From Eledone cirrhosa (Eukaryota), in NCBI GenBank assembly GCA_964016885.1, contig OZ024741.1, positions 18,042,001 to 18,106,000 of the forward strand: a stretch of 64,000 bases of DNA, written 5' to 3'. Under the pieces are notes generated by a model that was not told the origin of the DNA, did no database searches, and saw nothing but the letters and a program-made list of their open reading frames with translations. A program made the position numbers and the translations under genes. Of the stretch, positions 52,401 to 64,000 are shown in pieces (position 1 is the stretch's first letter; each line of letters starts with the position of its first letter).

Positions 52401-55365
52401 GTATGTATACTAGTGTGTATGTATACTAGTGTGTGTGTATACTAGTGTATATGTATACTAGTGTGTATGTATACCAGTGTGTATGTATACTAGTGTGTAT
52501 GTATACCAGTGTGTATTTATACCAGTGTGTATGTATACCAGTGTGTATTTATACCAGTGTGTATGTATACTAGTGTGTATGTATACTAGTGTGTATGTAT
52601 ACTAGTGTGTATGTATACTAGTGTGTATGTATACCAATGTGTATGTATACTAGTGTCTATGTATACCAGTGTGTATGTATACTAGTGTGTGTGTATACCA
52701 GCGTGTATGTATACTAGTGTCTATGTATACCAGTGTGTATGTATACTAGTATGTGTGTATACTAGTGTGTATGTATACCAGTGTGTATGTATACCAGTGT
52801 GTATGTATACTAGTGTCTATGTATACCAGTGTGTATGTATACTAGTGTGTATGTATACCAGTGTGTATATATACCAGTGTGTATGTATACTAGTGTGTAT
52901 GTATACCAATGTGTATGTATAGTAGTGTCTATGTATACCAGTGTGTATATATACCAGTGTGTATGTATACCAGTGTGTATATATACCAGTGTATATGTAT
53001 ACTAGTGTGTATGTATACCAGTGTGTATGTATACTAGTGTATGTATACTAGTGTGTATGTATACCAGTGTGTATGTATACCAGTGTGTATGTATACCAGT
53101 GTGTATTTATACCAGTGTGTATGTATACCAGTGTGTATGTATACTAGTGTGTAAGTATACTAGTGTGTATGTATAGCAGTGTGTGTGTGTATACTAATGT
53201 GTATGTATACCAGTGTGTATGTATACTAGTGTTTATGTATACAGTGTGTATGTATACTAATGTTTATGTATACCAGTGTGTATGTATACTAGTGTGTATG
53301 TATACTAGTGTGTATGTATACTAGTGTATGTATACTAGTGTGTATGTATACCAGTGTGTATGTATACCAGTGTGTATGTATACTAGTGTGTATGTATACT
53401 AGTGTGTATGTATACTAGTGTGTATGTATACTAGTGTATGTATACTAGTGTGTATGTATACCAGTGTGTATGTATACCAGTGTGTATGTATACTAGTGTG
53501 TATGTATACTAGTGTGTATGTATACTAGTGTGTATGTATACCAGTGTGTATGTGTACCAGTGTGTATGTATACTAATGTGTATGTATACTAGTGTGTATG
53601 TATACTAGTGTGTATGTATACCAGTGTGTATGTATACCAGTGTGTATGTATACTAGTGTGTATGTATACTAGTGTGTATATATACCAGTGTGTATGTATA
53701 CTAGTGTATATGTATACTAGTGTGTATGTATACTAGTTTATGTATACTAGTGTGTATGTATACCAGTGTGTATGTATACTAGTGTATATGTATACTAGTG
53801 TGTATGTATACTAGTGTATATGTATACCAGTGTGTATGTATACCAGTGTGTATGTATACTAGTGTATATGTATACTAGTGTATGTATACTAGTGTGTATG
53901 TATACTAGTGTGTATGTATACTAGTGTATGTATACCAGTGTGTATGTATACTAGTGTGTATGTATACTAGTGTGTATGTATACCAGTGTATATGTATACT
54001 AGTATATATGTATACTAGTGTGTATGTATACTAGTGTATGTATACTAGTGTGTGTGTATACTAGTGTGTGTGTATACTAGTGTGTATGTATACTAGTGTG
54101 TATGTATACTAGTGTGTATGTATACCAGTGTATATGTATACTAGTGTGTGTGTATACTAGTGTGTATTTATACTAGTGTGTATGTATACCAGGGTGTGTG
54201 TATACTAGTGTATATGTATACTAATGTGTATGTATACCAGTGTGTATGTATACTAGTGTGTATGTATACTAGTGTGTATGTATACTAGTGTGTGTGTATA
54301 CTAGTGTGTATGTATACTAGCGTGTATGTATACTAGTGTGTATGTATACTAGTGTATGTATACAGTGTGTATGTATACTAGTGTGTATGTATACCAGTGT
54401 GTATGTATACCAGTGTGTGTGTATACTAGTGTATATGTATACTAGTGTGTATGTATACTAGTGTATGTATACGAGTGTGTATGTATACCAGTGTGTATGT
54501 ATACCAGTGTGTATGTATACTAATGTGTATGTATACCAGTGTGTATGTATACTAGTGTGTATGTATACCAGTGTGTATGTATACTAGTGTGTGTGTATAC
54601 TAGTGTATGTATACCAGTGTGTATGTATACCAGTGTGTATGTATACCAGTGTGTATGTATACTAGTGTGTATGTATACCAGTGTGTATGTATACTAGTGT
54701 GTATGTATACCAGTGTGTATGTATACCAGTGTGTATGTATACCAGTGTGTATGTATACTAGTGTGTATGTATACCAGTGTGTATGTATACTAGTGTGTAT
54801 GCATACCAGTGTGTATGTATACCAGTGTGTATGTATACTAGTGTGTATGTATACTAGTGTATGTATACCAGTCTGTATGTATACCAGTGTGTATGTATAC
54901 TAGTGTGTATGTATACTAGTGTATGTATACCAGTGTGTATGTATACCAGTGTGTATGTATACCAGTGTGTATGTATACTAGTGTCTATGTATACTAGTGT
55001 GTATGTATACTAGTGTGTATGTATACCAGTGTGTATGTATACTAGTGTGTGTGTATACTAGTGTATGTATACTAGTGTGTATGTATACTAGTGTGTATGT
55101 ATACTAGTGTATATGTATACTAGTGTGTATGTATACTAGTGTGTATGTATACAGTGTGTATGTATACTAGTGTGTATGTATACCAGTGTGTATGTATACT
55201 AGTGTGTATGTATACCAGTGTGTATGTATACTAGTGTGTATGTATACTAGTGTGTATGTATACAATGTGTATGTATACTAGTGTGTATGTATACCAGTGT
55301 GTATGTATACTAGTGTGTATGTATACCAGTGTGTATGTATACTAGTGTGTATGTATACTAGTGTC
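46420..55365. repeat. 16-bp satellite (CTAGTGTGTATGTATA)n with 14-bp and CCAG/CAAG variants and higher-order structure
   Basis: About 9 kb of tandem units; resumes at 55779-55860. Confidence 0.97.
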
Positions 55366-56189
55366 TGCGGGAGAGATGACCCCTTAGCCTTTGTCAAGGC
55401 AGAATTCTAGGAGAAGGAAAACTATGATATAACACCTGCAACCCTGATGGTATCCAATGATGTTGACTTGTTCTTCTTTTTGGTAAATATCATCTTGGTT
55501 AAGAGAGTGGGACTGGCTTTGTGCAGTGCCTTTGCTCACTCTAAAAGCTTCATGGCACAGGCATTGCTTTATATCTGGAGATCTCTCTGCACTTGTCGTC
55601 ACATGGTACCATGGGCGCAGCACTATGTGTCAATAATTATCACAAGTGTAGTGTTTGTACCAAAGTTTTCAAGTCGCTGGCTGGACTAAAAAGTCACACT
55701 CGTTCAGCGCATCGGTAGGGGGTTCTCTTACATGGATATAAAGTAGTGGCCGTACTCGGAAACGAGTTGGCAGCCACCATGTATACTAGTGTGTATGTAT
55801 ACAGTGTGTATGTATACTAGTGTGTATGTATACCAGTGTGTATGTATACTAATGTCTATGTATCTATAACTACATATCTATATTTATATTCGTCTGTATG
55901 ACTGTATGTCTGTATGTTAATATCCCCGTATGTGGTAGTAATGGCGACATAGAAGTATAAAAACAGAAATGACTGTATGATAAAACTGAGATTTATATGA
56001 ACTTCAAACAAATTTCTCCAGACCCTTTAACCGGCTGACATTAATTAGAGGAAACTCTTCCTATTTATTAATTCATTAAAGTATGGCTGCCTGCCTTCTC
56101 TTTCGTTTCACCGTGGAATTTCGTATTTCACGAAACTAAACTGTATAGCAGCTAGCTCGGCTGATTGAATAGAGGACTATTGAATTCCA

Positions 56190-56700
<511 letters not shown>

Positions 56701-56964
56701 TACATGAAAAGATTCACTCAGAGTTCCATCCGCCATGACATATTACAAAGTACATTTATGTATGTTTTAAATTACGTGAGTATATTTCTCGTGTATTTCA
56801 TATATCCTCATTATCTTTAGCAACGCCTGTCATGAAATGCTATCATACTGTAAATCTACAAAGCAGAGGTGTACTGAAGCTTCCTTTCATTTACCTGTTG
56901 TATAATATACCTAATTATAATGGTTGGTGTAAGAAGTTGTCAAATGTAAACATATTTTTATATA

Positions 56965-57620
56965 TGTATGTATATATAGTATATTTGGCAATATACTGTA
57001 TGTTTAATTAAAAACATTTAGAAGACCATACGCTACCGGTCTTAAAGTAGTGACTATGTTACTTACTTCTTTTCGGCGAAAGAAGGGAGAGAAGCTGACA
57101 GTCTGTTTCACGCAGTTTAGCGATCATCAGAGCCACGCACTCCCTGCTCCCGCCAAAAATTATAGAATCTGGATTCTTATAGAATTCCAGAAGCTGATTA
57201 TACAGAGCGATTGCGGGTCCAGCCAAAATTAGGTATTAGGATTGGTGCTCTGAAATAGCGATGTATACATGAATGTATGTATAGTATATTTGGCAATATT
57301 CCGTATGTTTAATTAAACACATTTAGAAGACTATATGCTATCAGTTTTAAAGTAATCAGCTCCTGATTATTACTGGAATTCTATAAGAATCCAGCTTCTA
57401 TAATTTTCGGCGAAGGCAGAGGAGTACGTGGCTCTGCTGAACGCCAACCAGCTTCCCTCCCTTCTTTCGCCGAAAAGAAGTAAGTAACATAGTCACTACT
57501 TTAAAACCAATAGCGTATGGTCTTCTAAATGTTTTTAATTAAACATACGGTATATTGCCAAATATACTATACATACATTTATATATACATCGTTATTTCA
57601 CAGCACCAATCCTAATACAT
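56965..57620. mobile_element. Diverged foldback with partial tandem copy, carrying a hammerhead motif (Penelope-like pLTR arrangement)
   Basis: 56965-57190 is mirrored by 57373-57580; 57270-57355 is a direct copy of the left arm start. Confidence 0.8.
57093..57134 (-). ncRNA. Minimal type I hammerhead ribozyme, canonical core
   Basis: Minus: GGCT-CTGATGA-TCGC(TAAACT)GCGT-GAA-ACAGACTGT-C-AGCT; GUC site. Confidence 0.72.
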
Positions 57621-57994
57621 TCTTATATATTTCTCCGTAAGCTAGCAAACTATTGGTATTGTATGTAAATGTTTTATTTCTAGTTGAACACTCATCAGGA
57701 GATAAGGAGCCAGTCGTCAGATATAACCAGCGCTGGATTTAGACATTGGAAGGGAAGGGTCTCTCATACACACACAAAAAAAATAGAATACACAGCAAAC
57801 CCCCCAATTTTTCGTATCAAAGTTAGGTTGACGCAAGTAATTAGAAGTGAAAAGTTATACATACAGGTATTCAATTCAAAAATTCTAACCATTCTAAAAT
57901 TAAAAAAACCCAACTAAGGGCACAAATAAATTGCTACGACCGTCGCTACTACCCCCGCCGCACTGCAGAGGCCCTCATAAAATCCGGGCCTGGA

Positions 57995-58235
57995 TATAAC
58001 CAAGGAAACTATGTTTCTTTTGGTCTTTCCCTTTCTAATACTACCAACCAAGCACAAAACCTGACAGAAGAAAGAATCTGATCGTTAGAAAGGAAATTAC
58101 TTGCGTTGGTCGTTCTATTGCTAATAGTATCTGGCAGAAGAAGCAATATGAAATATATTATCTTGCTAAAGAAAACACGACACTTCCCGGTCAGTGAATA
58201 GAACCGATGACCATAAGACCAAAAGCCTAGTTACA
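57995..58235 (-). mobile_element. Degenerate SINE family 2 copy
   Basis: AAGGAAACTATGTTTCTTTGGTCTTTCC..CTAATACT and TGAAATATATTATCTTGCTAAAGAAAACAC resemble 42660-42780. Confidence 0.55.
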
Positions 58236-58408
58236 AGGTCACGTACCTGTGATCAGAGATCAAGTACCCTTACTATTTTATTCTCAGGGAGGGTGGTAGA
58301 TTGGCAGTATCAGTAGACGCACTGGGGTCGATTTAATCAACTTACATCTCTCTAAAATTGTTGGCCATGTGCCTAAATTATATACCATTATTAATGTATA
58401 TCTCTTAA

Positions 58409-58603
58409 GGGGCGGTGGATTGGCAGTATCGTTAGATGGTCGGGCAGCATGCTTTGACACATAGAGTTACGGCCCTTGCCATTCTGAGTTCAAATCGCAC
58501 CGAGGTAAACTTTGCCTTTCATCCTTACGGGGTCGATAAAATAAAGTACCAGTAATACATTGGGTAATTGCTGGCCTTGTGCCAAAAGTAGAAACAATTA
58601 TTA
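58409..58603 (+). mobile_element. SINE family 1, full length, with apparent 19-bp target-site duplication
   Basis: Head GGCGGTGGATTGGCAG, B-box GAGTTCAAATC; ATTATTAATGTATATCTCT occurs at both 58387-58405 and 58597-58615. Confidence 0.82.
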
Positions 58604-58784
58604 ATGTATATCTCTGTTAGAGGTTGAAGTCTTCGTTATAATAATCCAATATTTTCCAATAATATGCCGTACCTGTACAGTAAAATTATGAATGGAAGAT
58701 TAAACAAAAATTTCTCAAAAATACATTAACTTATTCATCACTGTTTCTGTTGTCATATTTTGCTGAACCCTAGGATTCCGAGGT

Positions 58785-59112
58785 GAAGATGCATAGCTTA
58801 GTGGTTAGAGCATTGGGCTTGCAATTGAGAGGTTGTGAGTTCGATTCTCGGATCGGGTGATGCGTTGTGTCCTTGAGCAAGGCACTTTATTTCACGTTCC
58901 TCCAGTTTACTCAGCTGTAGAAATGAGTTGTGACGTCACTGGTGCCAAGCTGTATCGGTCATTGCTTTTCCCTTGGGACAACATCAGTGACGTGATGAGG
59001 AGAGACTGGTATGTATGGGCGACTGGTCTTTCACAAACAACATTGCCTGGACTTGTGCCTCGGAGGAAAACTTTATAGTTGCAAAACCATGGCCATTCGT
59101 TACCGAGTGGGG
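58785..59112 (+). mobile_element. tRNA-derived CORE-like SINE (family 2 head, different body)
   Basis: TAGCTTAGTGG A-box, GAGTTCGATTC B-box, GTGTCCTTGAGCAAGGCACTTT. Confidence 0.75.
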
Positions 59113-59688
59113 CCAAAGCAAAGCAAAGGGTTCCGAGCAACACCCGTTGAGAAACCCTGACTTAAACTATTGATGAGGGTGCCAAATTTAGATCTAATAT
59201 TTGGGCTTATAGCTCACGTTTCAGAATTCAATCTTCAGACATGTCTGGTAATAAATCATTGTGTCATAATCCATTAGGCATGGATACACATACAATAGAT
59301 GGTGGGGACCTTCCAACAATTAGTCTTATATTGAATTATCTCCAGTTTCCATGCTATTTCATTCTACATATGTAATAAATAGTACGGTGATAGGACTTTA
59401 ACCTATTATGGGGTCGTAGAGGTCTTCACACACGGCATGTCATGAACATTTTAAAAGTGGCGCCTGATCTGTATATGAGGAATATTTAAGTACAATGATA
59501 TCAATGCAAATGACACTACCTTCAAGATAGAGTGTTCGCACAAATGTTATTATATACAAACACACACACACTCACACTTACACACACACGAACGATTACA
59601 CACTCACGAACAATTAAACACACACGCACACACACACACATACATACATACATACATACATACATACATACATACATACATACATACA

Positions 59689-59724
<36 letters not shown>

Positions 59725-59838
59725 TATTTATTTATAAATGGATAGAACCAGTTTTAAATTAGCCCATTATTTGACGACTCTTTCTTATATATATATATAT
59801 ATAAATATATGTATACATATATATAAATATATGTATAC

Positions 59839-59925
<87 letters not shown>

Positions 59926-59929
59926 TGTA

Positions 59930-59987
<58 letters not shown>

Positions 59988-60055
59988 TATATATATATAT
60001 ATATAAATATATATATGAATATATATATGAATATATATATATGTGTGTGTGTGTG

Positions 60056-60107
<52 letters not shown>

Positions 60108-60141
60108 CACACACATTGGCAACATGACCCTCCCAAAGTAT

Positions 60142-60188
<47 letters not shown>

Positions 60189-60557
60189 GAAAAGCAACAA
60201 CTAAAAGTGCAACTCTATATACAACAGCCAGCTGAACAGACCTAGCGGTAAAAATAAACACTAAACATTAAAGCAACAACGGGTTTTTTTCTCTCTGGTC
60301 ACAAAACTATCAAGTTGTTAGACATAGCTATATAGGTGGTGCTATTATCGTCTGGTTGACACCTCACAAACTACTAAGGAAAGTACGTAAGAGGCGCTAG
60401 TGGCGTTGTTAGTAAAGGGTCGGATTACTAATTTCACCTAATTAGTTAAGGATCGAAGGGAACAGGGAAAGAAAAGGAAAAAAAAAGGAAATGAATGAAA
60501 AAAAGACGAAGAAACAACAGCAAAAATATAACAATAATAATAATAATATATATTTTA

Positions 60558-60617
<60 letters not shown>

Positions 60618-60862
60618 CTTTTATATTATGCGTGTATATATTGTATATATATATATATACACACACACGTATATATATATATATAATTATATATATATAT
60701 AAACATATACGCATACACACAAATATAGATACATGTGTATATATACATACATATCTATATATGCGCGCGTGTGTGTGTATATATATCTGTATATATGTAT
60801 GTGTATATATATATGCATATAAATATACGCGCGTCTATGTGTGTGTATATATATATATGTAC

Positions 60863-60933
<71 letters not shown>

Positions 60934-60968
60934 CATGCATACATAATTACAGAGTGTAAGAGTGTGTA

Positions 60969-61060
<92 letters not shown>

Positions 61061-61859
61061 GGTGGGGCGGGGTATATTAGATATATTAGGCACAATATAG
61101 ATAAAAGATTATAAATATAATCCCGACTATGTAAATTTTATGAAGGAGACATTTACATTGGGCTGTAATTGAGAACGGAAGTTGATTGACTCGACACTTC
61201 CGGAAAGATGAAACGCGCCCGTTCCCGCTTTGACGCTGTTATTACATGTTTGGATGTTGTTTGGATGTTTCTCTTGTTCACTTGGAAAATTACGTTTATT
61301 TGTAGCGGTAGTGGGCGTGTGTATGTGTGCATGGATGTGTGTATGTATGTGTGTATGTGTGTATGTGTGTATGGACGTGTGTATGTGTGTATGTAGGTGT
61401 GTATAGACGTGTGTACGTGTGTATAGACGTGTGTATGTGTGTATGTGTGTATGGACGTGTGTATGTATGATTGTAGGTGTGTATGGATGTGTATATGAAC
61501 GTATGTTTGTATGTGTATGTATGTGTATGTATGTGTATGGATGTGTGTATGGATGCGTATGGACGTGAGTATATATATATATATATATACTTGTGAATAG
61601 TGAAGTTTTAAATCAATATATATATATTGATTTAAAACTTCACTATTCACAAGTGTTTTTTAAGCTTCATATCATGTATTAGAACGCAAATATCATCCTA
61701 TGATGATATTTGTTTTTGAAATGCGCATAATAAAATACTTGGAACTCTTTTAACCATCTTTTGAACTTATATTATTTATACTCCAGTCCTACAAACTGTA
61801 GAGTGCTACTTATCCGATATTTGCATTGCTTCTATTGTGCTACAATAAAACTCACCTCC

Positions 61860-61930
<71 letters not shown>

Positions 61931-61959
61931 ACATATACATACATTAATGCCAACATACA

Positions 61960-62101
<142 letters not shown>

Positions 62102-62681
62102 CTTCCTCATTTTTTTAATCAGTTCGAGCACTTCTTTCAGAACTGCTGGACTGGTAACCTGACAGATACCTCGGGCACAGAAAGTGATTATCGCTAAATG
62201 CTGATGTTGGTTAGATTATCAATATTAGTATTATTGGGGCACACACTGATGAATTATAGGAGCCCACTTGAATATATATCTATTGATGGTATACATGCTC
62301 CTACATAAATTGGTATAATTTCACCCAAATTGTAGGAATCCTATAATGAAACGAGACGTCCGTCTGGGAAGAGATATATTAGATATGTCTCATTTGAAAT
62401 AATACAGGTAATTTTCCACGCAATACTTTTAGTTAGCACCCCGAACACATAATTGGGAATATAATCACTTATTCCCTAATGTTTGTTGAGTGAGTTGGAA
62501 TTTGGCCGGATTATCGCTAAAAAGCTTTCTCCGATATTGTATTTATATATATATATATATATATATATAAATGTATATATGTATTATGTGTGTATATATG
62601 TGTTTAAATGTGTGATCGTGCATACATATATGTTGGGGGTGGGGCATGTTTATGTGGATTTAGCTTGTAATATGTCAAAAC

Positions 62682-62682
<1 letters not shown>

Positions 62683-62750
<68 letters not shown>

Positions 62751-62772
62751 GGTGGTGGTGGTGGTGGTAGTG

Positions 62773-62826
<54 letters not shown>

Positions 62827-62894
62827 ATAGTAGTAGTAGTAGTGGTGGTGGTGGTGGTAGTAGTAGTAGCAGTAGTAGTAGTAGTAGTAGTAGC

Positions 62895-62941
<47 letters not shown>

Positions 62942-62955
62942 CAGCAGCAGCAGCA
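62683..62955. repeat. (TAG/TGG/CAG)n trinucleotide array
   Basis: Direct reading. Confidence 0.95.
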
Positions 62956-62969
62956 ACCACGGCAGTAGT

Positions 62970-63105
62970 AATAATTGTATCTACTTTTGGCACAAGGCAG
63001 CCATTTGAATGGAAAGGAAAAGTCGATTAAATCTACCACAGTTTGTTACTGGTACTTTCTTTAATTGACCTCGTAAGGATGAAGGTCAACGCTAACTTCG
63101 GCGAG
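62970..63105 (-). mobile_element. SINE family 1 3' fragment
   Basis: TCTACTTTTGGCACAAGG...TACTGGTACTT...CGTAAGGATGAAGG. Confidence 0.65.
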
Positions 63106-63114
63106 AATAATTTT

Positions 63115-64000
63115 ATTGGCCACAAGTGTCCTTACATACATATTATGTAATGTATGTAAGGACTTGTGGCCGCAAGAGTCCTTACATACATATTATGTAA
63201 TGTATGTAAGGACTTGTGGCTGCAAGTGTCCTTACATACATATTATGTAATGTATGTGAGGACGTGTGGTCGCAAGAGTCCTTACATACATATTATGTAA
63301 TGGATGTAAGGACTTGTGGCCGCAAGAGTCCTTACATACATATTATGTAATGTATGTAAGGACTTGTGGCCGCAAGAGTACTTACATACATATTATGTAA
63401 TGTATGTAAAGATTCTTGTGGCCGCAAGAGTCCTTACATACATATTATGTAATGTATGTAAGGACTTGTGACCGCAAGAGTCCTTACATACATATTATGT
63501 AATGTATGTAAGGACTTGTGGCCGCAAGAGTCCTTACATACATATTATGTAATGTATGTAAGGACTTGTGGCCGCAAGAGTCCTTACATAGATATTATGT
63601 AATGTATGTAAGGACTTGTGGCCGCAAGAGTCCTTACATACATATTATGTAATGTATGTAAGGACTTGTGGCCGCAAGTGTCCTTACATACATATTATGT
63701 AATGTATGTAAGGACTTGTGGCCGCAAGTGTCCTTACATACATATTATGTAATGTATGTAAGGACTTGTGGCCGCAAGTGTCCTTACATACATATTAATG
63801 TAATGTATGTATGTAAGGATTTGTGGCCGCAAGAGTCCTTACATACATATTATGTAGTGTATGTAAGGACTTGTGGCCGCAAGAGTCCTTACATACATAT
63901 TATGTAATGTATCTAAGGACTTGTGGCCGTAATAGTCCTTACATACATATTATGTAATGTATGTAAGGACTTGTGGCCGCAAGTGTCCTTACATACATAT
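63115..64000. repeat. 50-bp tandem satellite built of two palindromes (continues past the window end)
   Basis: Unit TTGTGGCCGCAAGAGTCCTTACATACATATTATGTAATGTATGTAAGGAC. Confidence 0.95.

Noticed and set aside
46508-54903. Cys/Val/Tyr-rich ORFs in the satellite
   Set aside because: Chance stop-free runs of a 16-bp repeat whose unit is not a multiple of three.
63115-64000. Palindromic repeats resembling CRISPR direct repeats
   Set aside because: Contiguous tandem units with no variable spacers.

Overview
Repeat-dominated eukaryotic DNA with no recognisable host gene. It is probably cephalopod (octopus-like), inferred from the SINE/LINE types and the dense (TA)n, (TG)n and (GATA)n microsatellites. 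Main contents: (1) four near full-length but frameshifted Tx1/L1-clade non-LTR retrotransposons on the minus strand, with a CCHC zinc-knuckle ORF1 and an APE endonuclease + RT + Cys/His ORF2. Three of them are distinct diverged lineages stacked head-to-tail and bounded on every side by (GATA)n/(TATC)n arrays (23.6-41.4 kb), which suggests GATA-microsatellite-specific integration. All four carry a U1-complementary 5' splice-site motif at the ORF1/ORF2 junction. (2) A set of apparently unrelated, (TA)n-associated foldback elements carrying minimal type I hammerhead ribozyme motifs with a palindromic stem III, of the Penelope-like type. They include a U3-A8 core variant and versions with a long stem II. 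(3) Back-to-back non-autonomous Helitron-like elements with internal minisatellites. (4) CR1-like and RTE-like LINE fragments and two tRNA-derived SINE families. (5) A 9-kb 16-bp satellite with about 1.8-kb higher-order periodicity, a 50-bp double-palindrome satellite and a 63/57/51-bp minisatellite. Most short ORFs in the track are microsatellite or antisense artefacts. All alignments and folds were done by eye.
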